NCBI GenBank assembly: GCA_043803815.1
Contig: JAZDJR010000018.1
Location: forward strand, 32,001-96,000
Direction of reading: 5' to 3'
From: Candidatus Micrarchaeota archaeon
Lineage (GTDB): Archaea > Iainarchaeota > Iainarchaeia > Iainarchaeales > JAGVWC01
DNA: 64,000 nucleotides
Numbering within the stretch: position 1 is the first letter of the stretch; every line of letters begins with the position of its first letter. Under the pieces are notes generated by a model, which was given only the letters and a program-made list of their open reading frames with translations, had not been told where the DNA came from and ran no database searches. A program made the translations under genes and the position numbers. Below, one piece after another: positions 27,988-37,697 of the stretch.

Positions 27988-28341
27988 TTATTTCAGGCAC
28001 AGCAGGTGTTCGGCTCCGGGCAGTACGATGACGCCTTTGGTCGCGAAAAAACCCGCGAGTATGAGCATAAGAACCAGCCAGACCCAAAACGAAATCGCGA
28101 TTTCTTTTTGTTTTTCCCCGAAATCCAAATGGGCTTGTTTGCTGACCAGTAACCGGACTAGTAGGACTACGAGCGGAAATCCAAGCAATCCCAGATAGGC
28201 GACAAAAGGAAGCAAAAACAGCAGATTTTGGGGGCAAACGCGGCCGCTGGCGGCCAGCCACAGCCAATAGGCCGACAAAACAAGGGAGAACAAAATCGGA
28301 ATTAAAAGCAAAATGCGCAGTTTTAGGGAACCTTTGGCCAT
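27988..28341 (-). CDS. Small hypothetical membrane protein (3 TM)
   Basis: Three hydrophobic segments; SD-like GTGA upstream. Confidence 0.55.
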   Translation of the reverse strand: MAKGSLKLRILLLIPILFSLVLSAYWLWLAASGRVCPQNLLFLLPFVAYLGLLGFPLVVLLVRLLVSKQAHLDFGEKQKEIAISFWVWLVLMLILAGFFATKGVIVLPGAEHLLCLK

Positions 28342-28469
28342 GGAATCACGAGTTTAAGCAATCTATTTAAACCTTTTTAGGGAATAATAACTCATCGTTT
28401 TGTAAAACTGGCTGTTTTGCACCTATTAGGGCAAATCGGCAAAAAAACTGTTGATTCTTTTTTGAGGAA

Positions 28470-28976
28470 TTGGTTGTGAAAAAAGCGGAAAGCGTAAACG
28501 CGGCGGCGGCGGAAACTCCGGTAAGCCAAGCGGCTGAAAAGCCGGCCAAAAAAGCCAAAAGCCCGAAGTCCGCGAAAGCCGCTTCAAAAAATGCTTCCGA
28601 ATTTTCGGCCAGCGAAGTCCATGAAATGGTTTTGGCTTTGGCCAATCAGGGGTATTCGGGTTCGCAAATCGGCGCCTTGCTTCGCGACCAGCATCATATT
28701 TTTAGCGTTCGGGAAATAACCCAAAAGCCGATTGCGCAGATTTTGTCGGAAAACAAGCTTATCGGTGATGTGCCAGAGGATTTATTGGCTTTAATCCGAA
28801 GAGTTATCCACTTGGATAAGCATTTGGCGGAAAACAAAAAGGATTTTTCGGCCAAGCGCGGTTCCCAATTGACGGTTTCCAAAATCCGGCGCCTTGTCAA
28901 GTATTACCACAAAACAAAGCAGCTACCCAAAGACTGGCATTATAGCATTGAAACTGCGCGCTTATTGGTGAAGTAA
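28470..28976 (+). CDS. rps15: 30S ribosomal protein S15 (uS15), Ala/Lys-rich N-terminus
   Basis: SQIG..LRDQH, PEDL..LI, HL..N.KD...KRG.QL..SKIRRLVKYY. Confidence 0.93.
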   Translation: MVVKKAESVNAAAAETPVSQAAEKPAKKAKSPKSAKAASKNASEFSASEVHEMVLALANQGYSGSQIGALLRDQHHIFSVREITQKPIAQILSENKLIGDVPEDLLALIRRVIHLDKHLAENKKDFSAKRGSQLTVSKIRRLVKYYHKTKQLPKDWHYSIETARLLVK

Positions 28977-28986
28977 AGGTGAAATT

Positions 28987-29637
28987 ATGCCCGCAATGAT
29001 TGAAGAAGCCGGTGTTTCCAAGGACGCCAAGGAAAAGAAAGGCAAAAAAATTGTCAAGCGAAAAACCGTCGACAAGTGGAAGAAAAAAAAATGGTTCACG
29101 CTGATTGCCCCCGATTTTTTTGACAAGCAAATTTTGGGCGAAACTCCGGCTGAAGAAGACGAAATGGTCCGAAACCGCGTTATCCGCTTAAGCGCCGCGG
29201 AAGTAACCAAGCAGCCCAAATTCGGCCACGTGAGCCTGAGTTTTAAGGTGAACGGCGTTTCAGGCCAAAAAGCGCAGACGATTTTTGTCGGCCACGAGAT
29301 GCAGGAAGGGTATATACGGCGTTTGGTCCGGCGGCGCTCGAGCAAAATTACGGTTGTTCAAACCGTCACCACCAAAACCGGCGAAAAGCTTCGCGTGAAA
29401 GCCGTTGCTTTTACGAACCGAAAAGCGACCGGCCCGCAGGAAACCGAAATCCGAAAGCGAATGGAAAAAGAAATGGCGGATGCCGCCCAAAAAAAAGAGT
29501 TCGGACAGTTTGTGCAGGAACTTATTTTCGGCAACGCTTCCAGCGGCTTATTCAAGGTCATCAAGCCGATTATTCCGATTAAGCGCGTGGAAATTCAAAA
29601 GTCGCAGCTTATCGAAGAAAAAAACAAAGCGGGTTAA
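28987..29637 (+). CDS. rps3ae: 30S ribosomal protein S3Ae (eS1)
   Basis: DKWKKKKWF.L.AP..F, GHE....YIRRLVRRRSSKI, PIKRVEI.KS. Confidence 0.94.
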   Translation: MPAMIEEAGVSKDAKEKKGKKIVKRKTVDKWKKKKWFTLIAPDFFDKQILGETPAEEDEMVRNRVIRLSAAEVTKQPKFGHVSLSFKVNGVSGQKAQTIFVGHEMQEGYIRRLVRRRSSKITVVQTVTTKTGEKLRVKAVAFTNRKATGPQETEIRKRMEKEMADAAQKKEFGQFVQELIFGNASSGLFKVIKPIIPIKRVEIQKSQLIEEKNKAG

Positions 29638-29648
29638 ACGGTTTTGGA

Positions 29649-30323
29649 ATGACCTCTATTTGGGAAGCCGGGCTTGTTCTTATTTTTTTGGTCCTGTTTT
29701 CGTACGCTTCGTACAAAAAACGCTGGCTGGACAACGAAGGCATTCTCATCGGCTGGATTTTGGGGCTGAGCATTTTTTTGCTTGGCGACTCGCCGGCCTT
29801 TGTAACGCTTTTGGTTTTTTTTGCTGTGGGCGAAGCCGCAACGCATTTTGTCAAAAGCCACAAAAAATGGCACCCCCAGCGCTCGACGGTTAATATTTTG
29901 GGAAACGCGTTGGCCGCAATTGTCGCCTTGCTTTTGCAGTCGCCGCTTGGTTTTTTTGCCGCGATTTCGGCGTCTTTGGCGGACACCATGTCCAGCGAAA
30001 TCGGCTGCACGTCAAGTGAAAAGCCGGTTTTGATTACGACGTTTAAGCCGGTGGAAACCGGAGTTGACGGCGCGGTCAGCAAAAAAGGATTGCTTGCGGC
30101 GGTGCTGGGCTCTTTGGTCATTGCGGCCTGCGCTTTGGTTTTTGGCCAGTCTTGGGGCCATATTTTGATTATTATTTTTGCGGGAATTTTCGGAAGCCTG
30201 TTGGATAGTTTGCTTGGCGCTACTGTTCAAAAGCGCGGCTGGATGGATAACAACGAAGTCAATTTTTTTTCCAGCGCAATGTCCGCATTGATCGCGGTAA
30301 TGGTTTTAGCCCCGATTTTGTAA
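29649..30323 (+). CDS. DUF92 (TMEM19/VTE6-like) membrane protein
   Basis: R...NILGN, ADTMSSEIG, LITTFKPVETGVDGAVS, DSLLGATVQ, NNEVNF. Confidence 0.9.
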   Translation: MTSIWEAGLVLIFLVLFSYASYKKRWLDNEGILIGWILGLSIFLLGDSPAFVTLLVFFAVGEAATHFVKSHKKWHPQRSTVNILGNALAAIVALLLQSPLGFFAAISASLADTMSSEIGCTSSEKPVLITTFKPVETGVDGAVSKKGLLAAVLGSLVIAACALVFGQSWGHILIIIFAGIFGSLLDSLLGATVQKRGWMDNNEVNFFSSAMSALIAVMVLAPIL

Positions 30324-30371
30324 CCCGCTTGGATTAAATGCGTTTTTGTATAAACAGATAAAAGTGAAACC

Positions 30372-30881
30372 ATGAATTGGTGGCTGGCTGCAGTCGTATT
30401 GGTTTTGCCGATGTATTTTGCCAATTCCAGCGCCATGATTTTTGGCGGAAAAACCCCGCTGGATTTGGGGTATAACGCATGGGATGGCCGGCGCTTTTTT
30501 GGCAAGGGAAAGACTTTCAAGGGAACTTTTTTCGGCATTTTTTTCGGGACTTTGTCCGCCGTGATTATTTCGTATTTGTTTCCCGAGACTACGCTAGAAA
30601 TGACCAAAAATTATGTCTTCCTCGGCTTTGCGGTTTCGGTCGGCGCAATCGTCGGCGACCTCGCGGGCAGTTTTGCCAAGCGCAGGATGGGCTTTGAAAG
30701 CGGCTCCGAAGTTTTGGGTCTTGACCAGCTCAATTTTTTGGTCGGTGGAATCGCCTTGGGCTGGATTTTTTTTGTTCCTTCCATTGAACAGCTTGTTTTT
30801 TTGGCCGTTTTGACCGTGCTGGTTCACCGTTTGGCCAACTGGATTGCGTTTAAAACCAAACTCAAAAAAGTGCCGTGGTAA
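30372..30881 (+). CDS. carS: CDP-archaeol synthase (DUF46)
   Basis: PMYFANS, P.D.G....DGRR.FG.GKT.KG, GDL.GSF.KRR, LDQL. Confidence 0.9.
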   Translation: MNWWLAAVVLVLPMYFANSSAMIFGGKTPLDLGYNAWDGRRFFGKGKTFKGTFFGIFFGTLSAVIISYLFPETTLEMTKNYVFLGFAVSVGAIVGDLAGSFAKRRMGFESGSEVLGLDQLNFLVGGIALGWIFFVPSIEQLVFLAVLTVLVHRLANWIAFKTKLKKVPW

Positions 30882-30885
30882 AAAC

Positions 30886-31317
30886 ATGCGCCGCTGGCTA
30901 AGACAAAAATGGGGTTCGTTTTTGGCCAATCACCGCCAAAAAAAGCAGGAACGTGCACAACCGGCGCGGTTTGTCCCGACCGAGCGGTTTAATTTTTTGT
31001 TCAGAGAAATCGAGCGGCTGCATCTTCGGCTTCCCGAAAACGGACAAAGTGTGCTTTACCGGTTAAACGATAACGACTTGTCGCAGATTATTGCGGTTTG
31101 TTTTCCGGATAGCCATCCGTAGCAGCTTTCAAAGCCGCTGACCCCTAAAATTTTGGAAAACCGGCAATGGATGCTGGATGGGGCCCTCAGTTTTTTTGAG
31201 CGGCAATTGCAGGGGGAAGCGCCTGTGCCCCTGAATAAACCGGGTGTGTCTTACAGCGACCCGCTGCATTCGTATGTGCTGGAGTTTGCCAAACGACAAC
31301 GGGTTTTGAAAAAAATG
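30886..31317 (+). pseudogene. Probable disrupted orphan gene (in-frame TAG at 31120-31122 and a later frameshift)
   Basis: Arg/Lys-rich ORF MRRWLRQKW... continues in frame past TAG (QLSKPLTPKILENRQW) and then in a shifted frame (ALSFFERQLQGE...LHSYVLEFAKRQRVL). Confidence 0.4.
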
Positions 31318-31818
31318 TCATTCGACTAGTTCGCTTGGATTGCGGACCTTGGCTATTTTTTTGGTTAAAAAATACCAGACCGCGAGGATTAACACCGCGG
31401 TTGAAATCCAACTCGCGGTATGAACAATGTCCGCGGTTGCGATTCCATAGTGTTTTCCCATCCACAAGACAACATACAGGCGAAGCAGGTTCAGCACAAA
31501 CAATACGAACCCGCAGGCAATCCACAGCTTGAGCTTGGTTTTCAAATCGGGTTTTTTTACTGCAAAAATGACGGCGGCCAGTATTGCTGCGCTGGCAAGG
31601 CCCGTGCACTGGTTGTCGATTTGAAAAACGCCGCTTGGAACAAGGATTTGGTTTTGGGCAAACGGCAGGTTAAGCAGGCCGGCTTCAAAGGATGCAAGCG
31701 AATCGTTCAGCCGGGAAAAATCCGCGATTACAATCAGGAATTGAAGCAAAAAATAAACCAAAAAGAATTTGGCTAAAAAAAGCAGGAGTATTTTTTGTTT
31801 TTTGGAAAAAAATTGCAT
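31318..31818 (-). CDS. Exosortase/archaeosortase family protein
   Basis: Catalytic triad pattern: QCTG (Cys), NLLRL (Arg), DIVH (His) in a multi-TM protein. Confidence 0.85.
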   Translation of the reverse strand: MQFFSKKQKILLLFLAKFFLVYFLLQFLIVIADFSRLNDSLASFEAGLLNLPFAQNQILVPSGVFQIDNQCTGLASAAILAAVIFAVKKPDLKTKLKLWIACGFVLFVLNLLRLYVVLWMGKHYGIATADIVHTASWISTAVLILAVWYFLTKKIAKVRNPSELVE

Positions 31819-31857
31819 TACACACTATTGAACCCAAATTATAAAATTCTTTGGGTT

Positions 31858-33495
31858 TTAGTCTGCGGACTTGTTTTTTTTGCCGAAATAATACTGGGCA
31901 AAGTCGGAAAACGCGGGGCGTGTAATCAATAATCCGACGGCAACGCCGGCAATCGTGGTTACCGCAAAGCCAACGAGTTTTCCAAGGCCGAATCCCAAAA
32001 ATATGATTGGAAGCATGGTTGCCAGTACGGTTGAGGCGGACGCCAGGATAATGTAAAGAGCGCGTTTGGTTCGTGAAATGATGGATTCAGAATGATCGGT
32101 TTGGCTTCCGCGGCGGATTTCATCGGTAATGATGATTTGCTGGTTGACTCCGGTTCCAATCGCGGCGATGATTCCGGCAATGGATGCCAGGTCCAGATTC
32201 CAATTCACAAACGATGCAAAGCCGAGTACGACGATGACTTCGCAAAGCGATGTAAACCCGAGCGCTATTGCAACCGGAATTTCGCGGTAGCGCACAAAAA
32301 TAATCAGCATGACCATGAGCAATGCCAAAACACCCATCCAAACGGCATCCTGCAAAAATTCCTGTCCCAAAAACGGGGAAACCGTTTCTTTTCCGATGTC
32401 GCGGACCGCAATCGGCAGTGAACCGGATTGCAATAAAATCGTCAATGAATCAAGATTTTTTTGGGCGACTTCCGAAGTCGCGGCGCTTCCTTGGATTTGG
32501 AGTTCGGACAATACTTTAACGTCTTTGACATCCGATACGTACGGGTCAAGGCCGGTAACGCCGGGGTTTAAGCGGATGATTTCGCGCGTGCCAAGTGCGT
32601 TCCAGATAAACGGTGTGCTTGCTGGACCCGGAGTTTTAAGCACGCTAAAACCAAGCGATTCCAGGTGCTGCACCAGTCCGATGGATGCCGAGTCGGGAAC
32701 CACGGCGTTCGGATGTTTGGCTCGCAATGCCAAAAGTTCGGCATCGGTATTTTGGTCGAAATTATTTTCGTCAACTGCGATTACGGGAATCCCTGCGTTT
32801 TCAATCAGGTCGTCAATCGTCAGGCCGGACGGAACTTTGATGGCATGTTCGTCCGATGCCCACGTTTCTTCATCTTGGGTTCGCTGGTCATCGGTAAAAA
32901 TTACAATGGCTTCGTCGGGACGGTCAATGAAAAAATACGTAAATTTGCATTCGTAATCGGGCTGTCCGGCTGAATTGGTTCCGATTAAGTCGCATTGATG
33001 AAACGTTAGTTCGGCAAACCGCTTGGCCGCGCTTGGTTTTAGTATAAACGGCAGGCTCCATTCGAAACCGCCGGCGGATGACGGACGGATGCCGTAACCG
33101 CTCGCGGCGTCCTTGGAAATTCTGACAAAATCGCTACCGGTAAAGAGGACTTGGCCGTCCAAGGTAGCTTCGAATTTTCCTTGGCGCAGCAAAAGCGATT
33201 CAAGTTCCTTGACTTGTTCAGGATCGGTTTCGGCAATGTCCGCAAAAACGACGTCTTCGCCAGCAAACGACACGGTAGCATCGCGCAACCCCGTAAAGTT
33301 CAATCGCTGTTCGATAATCGAGCGGATTTGTTCTTTTTCTTGGGCATTGGCTGCGGGCTTGGCAAGCTTGACCTGAAAACTGGTTCCGCCCTTAAAATCA
33401 ATTCCGTAGGACAGCCCCGAAAAGACAATGCCGAAAACGGAAATCGCAAGCGCGATTATCAAAAGCCACACGCGCCATTTGGAAAACAGTTGCAT
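31858..33495 (-). CDS. secD: Protein translocase subunit SecD
   Basis: YGIDFKGGT, LQSGSLP, VSPFLG, LDLASIAGIIAAIGTGVNQQIIITDE, GFAVTTI.GV. Confidence 0.92.
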   Translation of the reverse strand: MQLFSKWRVWLLIIALAISVFGIVFSGLSYGIDFKGGTSFQVKLAKPAANAQEKEQIRSIIEQRLNFTGLRDATVSFAGEDVVFADIAETDPEQVKELESLLLRQGKFEATLDGQVLFTGSDFVRISKDAASGYGIRPSSAGGFEWSLPFILKPSAAKRFAELTFHQCDLIGTNSAGQPDYECKFTYFFIDRPDEAIVIFTDDQRTQDEETWASDEHAIKVPSGLTIDDLIENAGIPVIAVDENNFDQNTDAELLALRAKHPNAVVPDSASIGLVQHLESLGFSVLKTPGPASTPFIWNALGTREIIRLNPGVTGLDPYVSDVKDVKVLSELQIQGSAATSEVAQKNLDSLTILLQSGSLPIAVRDIGKETVSPFLGQEFLQDAVWMGVLALLMVMLIIFVRYREIPVAIALGFTSLCEVIVVLGFASFVNWNLDLASIAGIIAAIGTGVNQQIIITDEIRRGSQTDHSESIISRTKRALYIILASASTVLATMLPIIFLGFGLGKLVGFAVTTIAGVAVGLLITRPAFSDFAQYYFGKKNKSAD

Positions 33496-33497
33496 CA

Positions 33498-34556
33498 CTA
33501 TGCATACACCTTTTTTTTGTGGTTGGCATGGTTTAAGAGCATGGGTGCGTTCAAAAGCCACGAGGTCACGACGTCGCCGACCAGGCCGAAAAACAACACT
33601 GCTGAAATTTCAAATATGACCATAATTTGGGTATAATAGGAAAACACCAGCATGACAAACAGCGTTCCAAGCGTGGTTGCCGTCATCGTCATTCCGGTTT
33701 TAAACGAGTCCCATGTGCGGTCTTCGTTGGAACCGCCGCTTTTGGTTTTAAATAATCGCACGCTGAGTAAAATTTCAGTATCCACCGCATATCCGATAAG
33801 CATCATTAATGCGGGCAGGGTGGTTAACGACAAGGGAATTGCCAATAGCGCCATGCCCGCCAAAGCAACAATAATATCGATGACTACTGCAAGCAGGATT
33901 CCCAAAGTTGGATAAAATTCCCGGAAAAACAAAAAAATCACCAAGGTGACCAAAGCCAGCCCGATGATGACCACGTTAACCGCGTTTTGCCAAAAAGCGT
34001 TTCCAAGGGCGCTTCCAACGGTGCGAAACGAAAACCGCGCGTTTTCCTGCGAAACATTCAAAAAGGTCAATACGGCGTTCTGCAAATCCAAATTGAATTG
34101 GTTTTGCGCGTTTGTCAGGGATTCGCGGGCCAATGCAACGGTTTGGTTTTCGGATAGCGTTGAAAAATCCTGAATTTGCGTTTTGGAACGCAATAATTCC
34201 AGGGCTTGCACGGCTTTTTCCTTTGCGGCTTGCGGATCTTGTATCAGTTCGTTTTCAGCGTCGCCTACCAATTGACGCGCTTGCACAAATACGGAGTATT
34301 CCTTAAACTGGATGCGAACCCCCTGGCTTGTACCTGTGACTTTGAATTCTTCCAAACTGAATTCTTGGTCCAAAAAATCCGAAAGCGCATGGGCATCGAC
34401 GGTTTGGCCGGTCTGGACAGTCAAGAGCGAACCGCCGACAATGTCCAAGCCGGTGGTCAAGCCGGGAGAAACAAACGCCAAAAAAGCGGCGATTACCGCC
34501 ATGACCAGCGGAATAACAATGTAATACTTGTGGTTGCCCAAATAGATGTTTTCCAA
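33498..34556 (-). CDS. secF: Protein translocase subunit SecF
   Basis: GLDIVGG, VGSALG, LMMLIGYAVDTEILL, TGMTMTATT, GLVGD; start uncertain. Confidence 0.92.
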   Translation of the reverse strand: MENIYLGNHKYYIVIPLVMAVIAAFLAFVSPGLTTGLDIVGGSLLTVQTGQTVDAHALSDFLDQEFSLEEFKVTGTSQGVRIQFKEYSVFVQARQLVGDAENELIQDPQAAKEKAVQALELLRSKTQIQDFSTLSENQTVALARESLTNAQNQFNLDLQNAVLTFLNVSQENARFSFRTVGSALGNAFWQNAVNVVIIGLALVTLVIFLFFREFYPTLGILLAVVIDIIVALAGMALLAIPLSLTTLPALMMLIGYAVDTEILLSVRLFKTKSGGSNEDRTWDSFKTGMTMTATTLGTLFVMLVFSYYTQIMVIFEISAVLFFGLVGDVVTSWLLNAPMLLNHANHKKKVYA

Positions 34557-34641
34557 GGTAAAAACCCGCAAAAAAAGCCGTTCTTTTGTATTAAAATAAG
34601 GTCGGGCAAAAACCATTTAAACCCGACGAATGTGATAAAAA

Positions 34642-35637
34642 ATGCGATTCAAATTCCCGACAGTGCAACGTTCCCAGGAACTGCTCGATTTTGCGTTTAA
34701 AACCGCGCGCGAGCAGCAGCCCAAAACGAACAAGAAAATGCGCTCAACCGAGCGCTATGCCAAGGACCTTGAAAAAACCCGGATTGAAAACGGCGCGGAG
34801 ATTCTGGAGGACAAAATCAAAAAAATCGCGGACAGCTTTCCGGATTTTGAGCAATTGCCGCAGTTTTATCAGGAGCTTTGCGACGCCAGTTTCGGCTTGG
34901 ACGAAACCAAGCGGCGGTTGGGCCATGTGCGTTCAAGTTCCAAGATTATTTCCAAGTTAAAGCGCGAAACCATCGGCAAGATTTTCAAAAGCCGTTCGGT
35001 GCACGAAATCCGAAAGCATTCGACCGCTTTTTACGGCCGCGTCTCTTCGGTTGTCAAAAAACTGGACAGGGATTTGGTGGAACTGGAAAAAAGCCGGCGA
35101 TTACTGGTCGGTTTTCCCAATATCCAAACGCAACTGCCGACGGTTGTGCTTGCGGGTTTTCCAAACGTCGGAAAAACGACTCTTTTGGCGGCCTTGACCG
35201 GAAGTGTGCCGGAAATCGCGCCGTATCCGTTCACCACCAAGGGGCTCAAACTGGGGTATATTCATGAAAAATACTGGACGATTCAAATCATCGACACGCC
35301 GGGATTACTGGACCGCCAGTTTGCCAAAATGAACGCGATTGAAAAAAAAGCATTGGCCGCGATTTCAAAACTTGCGGACCGGATTATTTTTGTTTTTGAC
35401 CCGACCTGGACCAGCGGCTTTTCGGTTGAACAGCAAACCAAACTGCTTAACGACATGCGCCTTGAGTTCGAGCCGTCCAAAGTCTGGATTGCGTTTACCA
35501 AAACCGATTTGGCAACACCCGAGGAAATAAAAACCGCCCAGGAACAGGCGGGCAAGGGTTTTTTGGTCAATCCCCAAAACGTCGCACAACTCCGGCAAAA
35601 GCTGATTGAATGGGCCAAAGAAAAACCGCCGCAATAA
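34642..35637 (+). CDS. NOG1-family GTP-binding protein
   Basis: AGFPNVGKTT, PEIAPYPFTTKG, IDTPGLLDR, N.IE..A. Confidence 0.92.
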   Translation: MRFKFPTVQRSQELLDFAFKTAREQQPKTNKKMRSTERYAKDLEKTRIENGAEILEDKIKKIADSFPDFEQLPQFYQELCDASFGLDETKRRLGHVRSSSKIISKLKRETIGKIFKSRSVHEIRKHSTAFYGRVSSVVKKLDRDLVELEKSRRLLVGFPNIQTQLPTVVLAGFPNVGKTTLLAALTGSVPEIAPYPFTTKGLKLGYIHEKYWTIQIIDTPGLLDRQFAKMNAIEKKALAAISKLADRIIFVFDPTWTSGFSVEQQTKLLNDMRLEFEPSKVWIAFTKTDLATPEEIKTAQEQAGKGFLVNPQNVAQLRQKLIEWAKEKPPQ

Positions 35638-35761
35638 TCCGCTTAAAAATCGGGCAGTGCCAACAGCGGGTTTAAAACCGTTTTTGTGGAGTTATGGTAG
35701 TATCAGGCAAGTGGATAACGGAAAATTTTTCCGCTTGGCCTCTGTTTTGGAGTTGGGGAAA

Positions 35762-36040
35762 GTGAACAAAAAGGCGATGGATGAGCTCAAAGGCGTTGCG
35801 GATTTGATGCGCAATGTGGGAAAGGATTCGACCGTTCCGCGCAATATCCGTTCGACGGTTTTGATGGCTTCAGACAAAATAGGAAAGGGGGAGTGCGACA
35901 TCGAAGTCGAAATCGGCTCCGCGATTTATTCGATGGAAGACATTGCCAACGACATCAATATGCCGTCGCATACGCGCACCGAACTGTGGAACATTATCAG
36001 TTCCCTTGAGCGCATCAAAGAAACCCTCAACAAAAAATAA
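35762..36040 (+). CDS. UPF0147 family protein
   Basis: D.TVPRNIR, D.NMP.HTRT..WNI.S.LE. Confidence 0.88.
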   Translation: MNKKAMDELKGVADLMRNVGKDSTVPRNIRSTVLMASDKIGKGECDIEVEIGSAIYSMEDIANDINMPSHTRTELWNIISSLERIKETLNKK

Positions 36041-36046
36041 GGCCGC

Positions 36047-37606
36047 TTGCCCTTCAGGAAAAAAGGGTTTTGGAATTTGGAAGAAACACAGGCGATTTCG
36101 GATAACCGCGAATTCATTGTTGGTCAGGCGCAGGCCAAAAATCTGGTGCTAAGCCCGGATGCGCTTGACTTATTGGAAAAAGCGACCAAAATTGAAATCG
36201 AAAAAACATTGGACAGCCTGTCCGAACAAAACCTGTTTATTATCAAGGGCTGCGATGTCGAGTCCAAATTGCTGCGCACCAAAATCGCGCCCGCGGAAGT
36301 CGAAGTCAAGTCCCGCACGGCTTGGACTCCGATTGCCAAAGAATATTCGGCTAATTTTCGGGTCCGAAGCGACCTGCAGGTTCCGCAGGATTCGATTTGC
36401 GAGGGAACCGTCAATGATTACGTGCAGATGTTCCAAAGCCGGTTTGAATTTTTGTCGGCTTTGCTCAAAAACCGTTCGGGTTTTTCTCCGCGCCCCATCG
36501 GAAAACTGGGGGAAAACGCGGCAAAGCGCGACGTCGATTTTATCGGAATGGTTACGGACAAATGGGTCACCAAAAAGGGGCATCTGGCTTTTCGTTTCGA
36601 GGATTTGGAAAACCAGTGCATTGCCTTGGCGTTAAAAGACAAGCCTGAAATCGTCGAAAAATGCCAGCGCATTGCCTTGGACGAAGTGGTCGGGTTGCGG
36701 GGCTCCAAAGGATTCGGCGATTTGATTATTATCAAGGAAGTTTTGCAGCCCGATTTGCCCATCATGCCCCCCAAAACCATTTCCGAACCCTTGTCCGTCT
36801 GCGTGATTTCGGATATTCATGCGGGTTCCAAATTGTTTTTGGAAAAAGAATTCAAGCGGTTTTTGTCCTGGATTAACGGCAAAGTCGGCGGAGAAAGCGA
36901 ACGCGAAGCCGCGGGCAAAATCAAATACCTGTATATTTGCGGGGACAACGTGGACGGAATCGGGGTTTATCCAAACCAGGAAAAGGGCCTTTTGATTCCG
37001 ACCATTGCCGGGCAATACGAAGAGCTAGAAGAATTATTGCTGCAAATTCCCGAGTACATTGAAATTGCGATGATTCCCGGCCAGCACGATGCCGTGCGCT
37101 GGGCCGACCCCCAGCCCGCTATTTCCAAAAAATATGTTCCGCGTTTGCATGCCTTGTCCAATTTTCACCTGATGCCGTCTCCCGGCTGGACCCAGATGGA
37201 AGACATGGCGGTTGTGCAGTATCACGGCGCGTCTTTGCACGAATTGTACGGCGTGGTCAAGAACCTGAGCATGACCAAACCCGAACTGGCCATGGTGGAA
37301 ATTTTAAAGCGCCGGAGCTTTTTGACGAATTTCGGAAGCAAGCAGCCCTATGCGCCTGAAAAAAAAGATTATTCCGTAATGCGCGAAGCACCCGACTTTT
37401 ATCTTGGCGGCGACATGCATCATTACGGCACGAGCCAGTACCGCGGCTGCACGGTCATTAACGGCGCGTGCTTTCAGTCGCAAACCGACTTTGAAGTGCG
37501 CATGGGACACGTCCCGACTCCGGGAATCGTTGCCGTAATCGACCTGCAAAACCGCCAGGTCAAAACCAAAAACATGACGGATGACACCTGGGAGACGATG
37601 CCGTGA
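36047..37606 (+). CDS. polB: DNA polymerase D small subunit DP1
   Basis: OB fold plus calcineurin-like motifs ISDIH.GS, GDNVDGIGVYPNQ, PGQHD, HG.S, GDMH, FQSQT.F. Confidence 0.93.
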   Translation: MPFRKKGFWNLEETQAISDNREFIVGQAQAKNLVLSPDALDLLEKATKIEIEKTLDSLSEQNLFIIKGCDVESKLLRTKIAPAEVEVKSRTAWTPIAKEYSANFRVRSDLQVPQDSICEGTVNDYVQMFQSRFEFLSALLKNRSGFSPRPIGKLGENAAKRDVDFIGMVTDKWVTKKGHLAFRFEDLENQCIALALKDKPEIVEKCQRIALDEVVGLRGSKGFGDLIIIKEVLQPDLPIMPPKTISEPLSVCVISDIHAGSKLFLEKEFKRFLSWINGKVGGESEREAAGKIKYLYICGDNVDGIGVYPNQEKGLLIPTIAGQYEELEELLLQIPEYIEIAMIPGQHDAVRWADPQPAISKKYVPRLHALSNFHLMPSPGWTQMEDMAVVQYHGASLHELYGVVKNLSMTKPELAMVEILKRRSFLTNFGSKQPYAPEKKDYSVMREAPDFYLGGDMHHYGTSQYRGCTVINGACFQSQTDFEVRMGHVPTPGIVAVIDLQNRQVKTKNMTDDTWETMP

Positions 37607-37624
37607 GCCAAAAACAATTCGATT
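37598..37624 (+). repeat. Direct repeat, left copy (ATGCCG-tgagc-CAAAAACAATTCGATT); right copy is the DP2 start 38447-38468
   Basis: 16-nt perfect match 37609-37624 = 38453-38468, preceded by ATGCCG in both copies. Confidence 0.85.
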
Positions 37625-37697
37625 GGCAGAACCGCGGCATCCTGCTCAAGGACTTCTGCAACAAAAGAAAATGGATAGAGCACAACGAGGAATAAAA

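Noticed and set aside
31120-31122. Pyrrolysine or stop-codon readthrough at TAG
   Set aside because: TAG ends several bona fide genes here (dnaK, cdc6, rps6e), no pyl genes are seen, and a second lesion follows.
37581-37697. Extended N-terminus of the kinase-fold ORF given in the ORF track
   Set aside because: It overlaps DP1; the ATG at 37698 has a GAGG SD and follows the relay mini-ORF.
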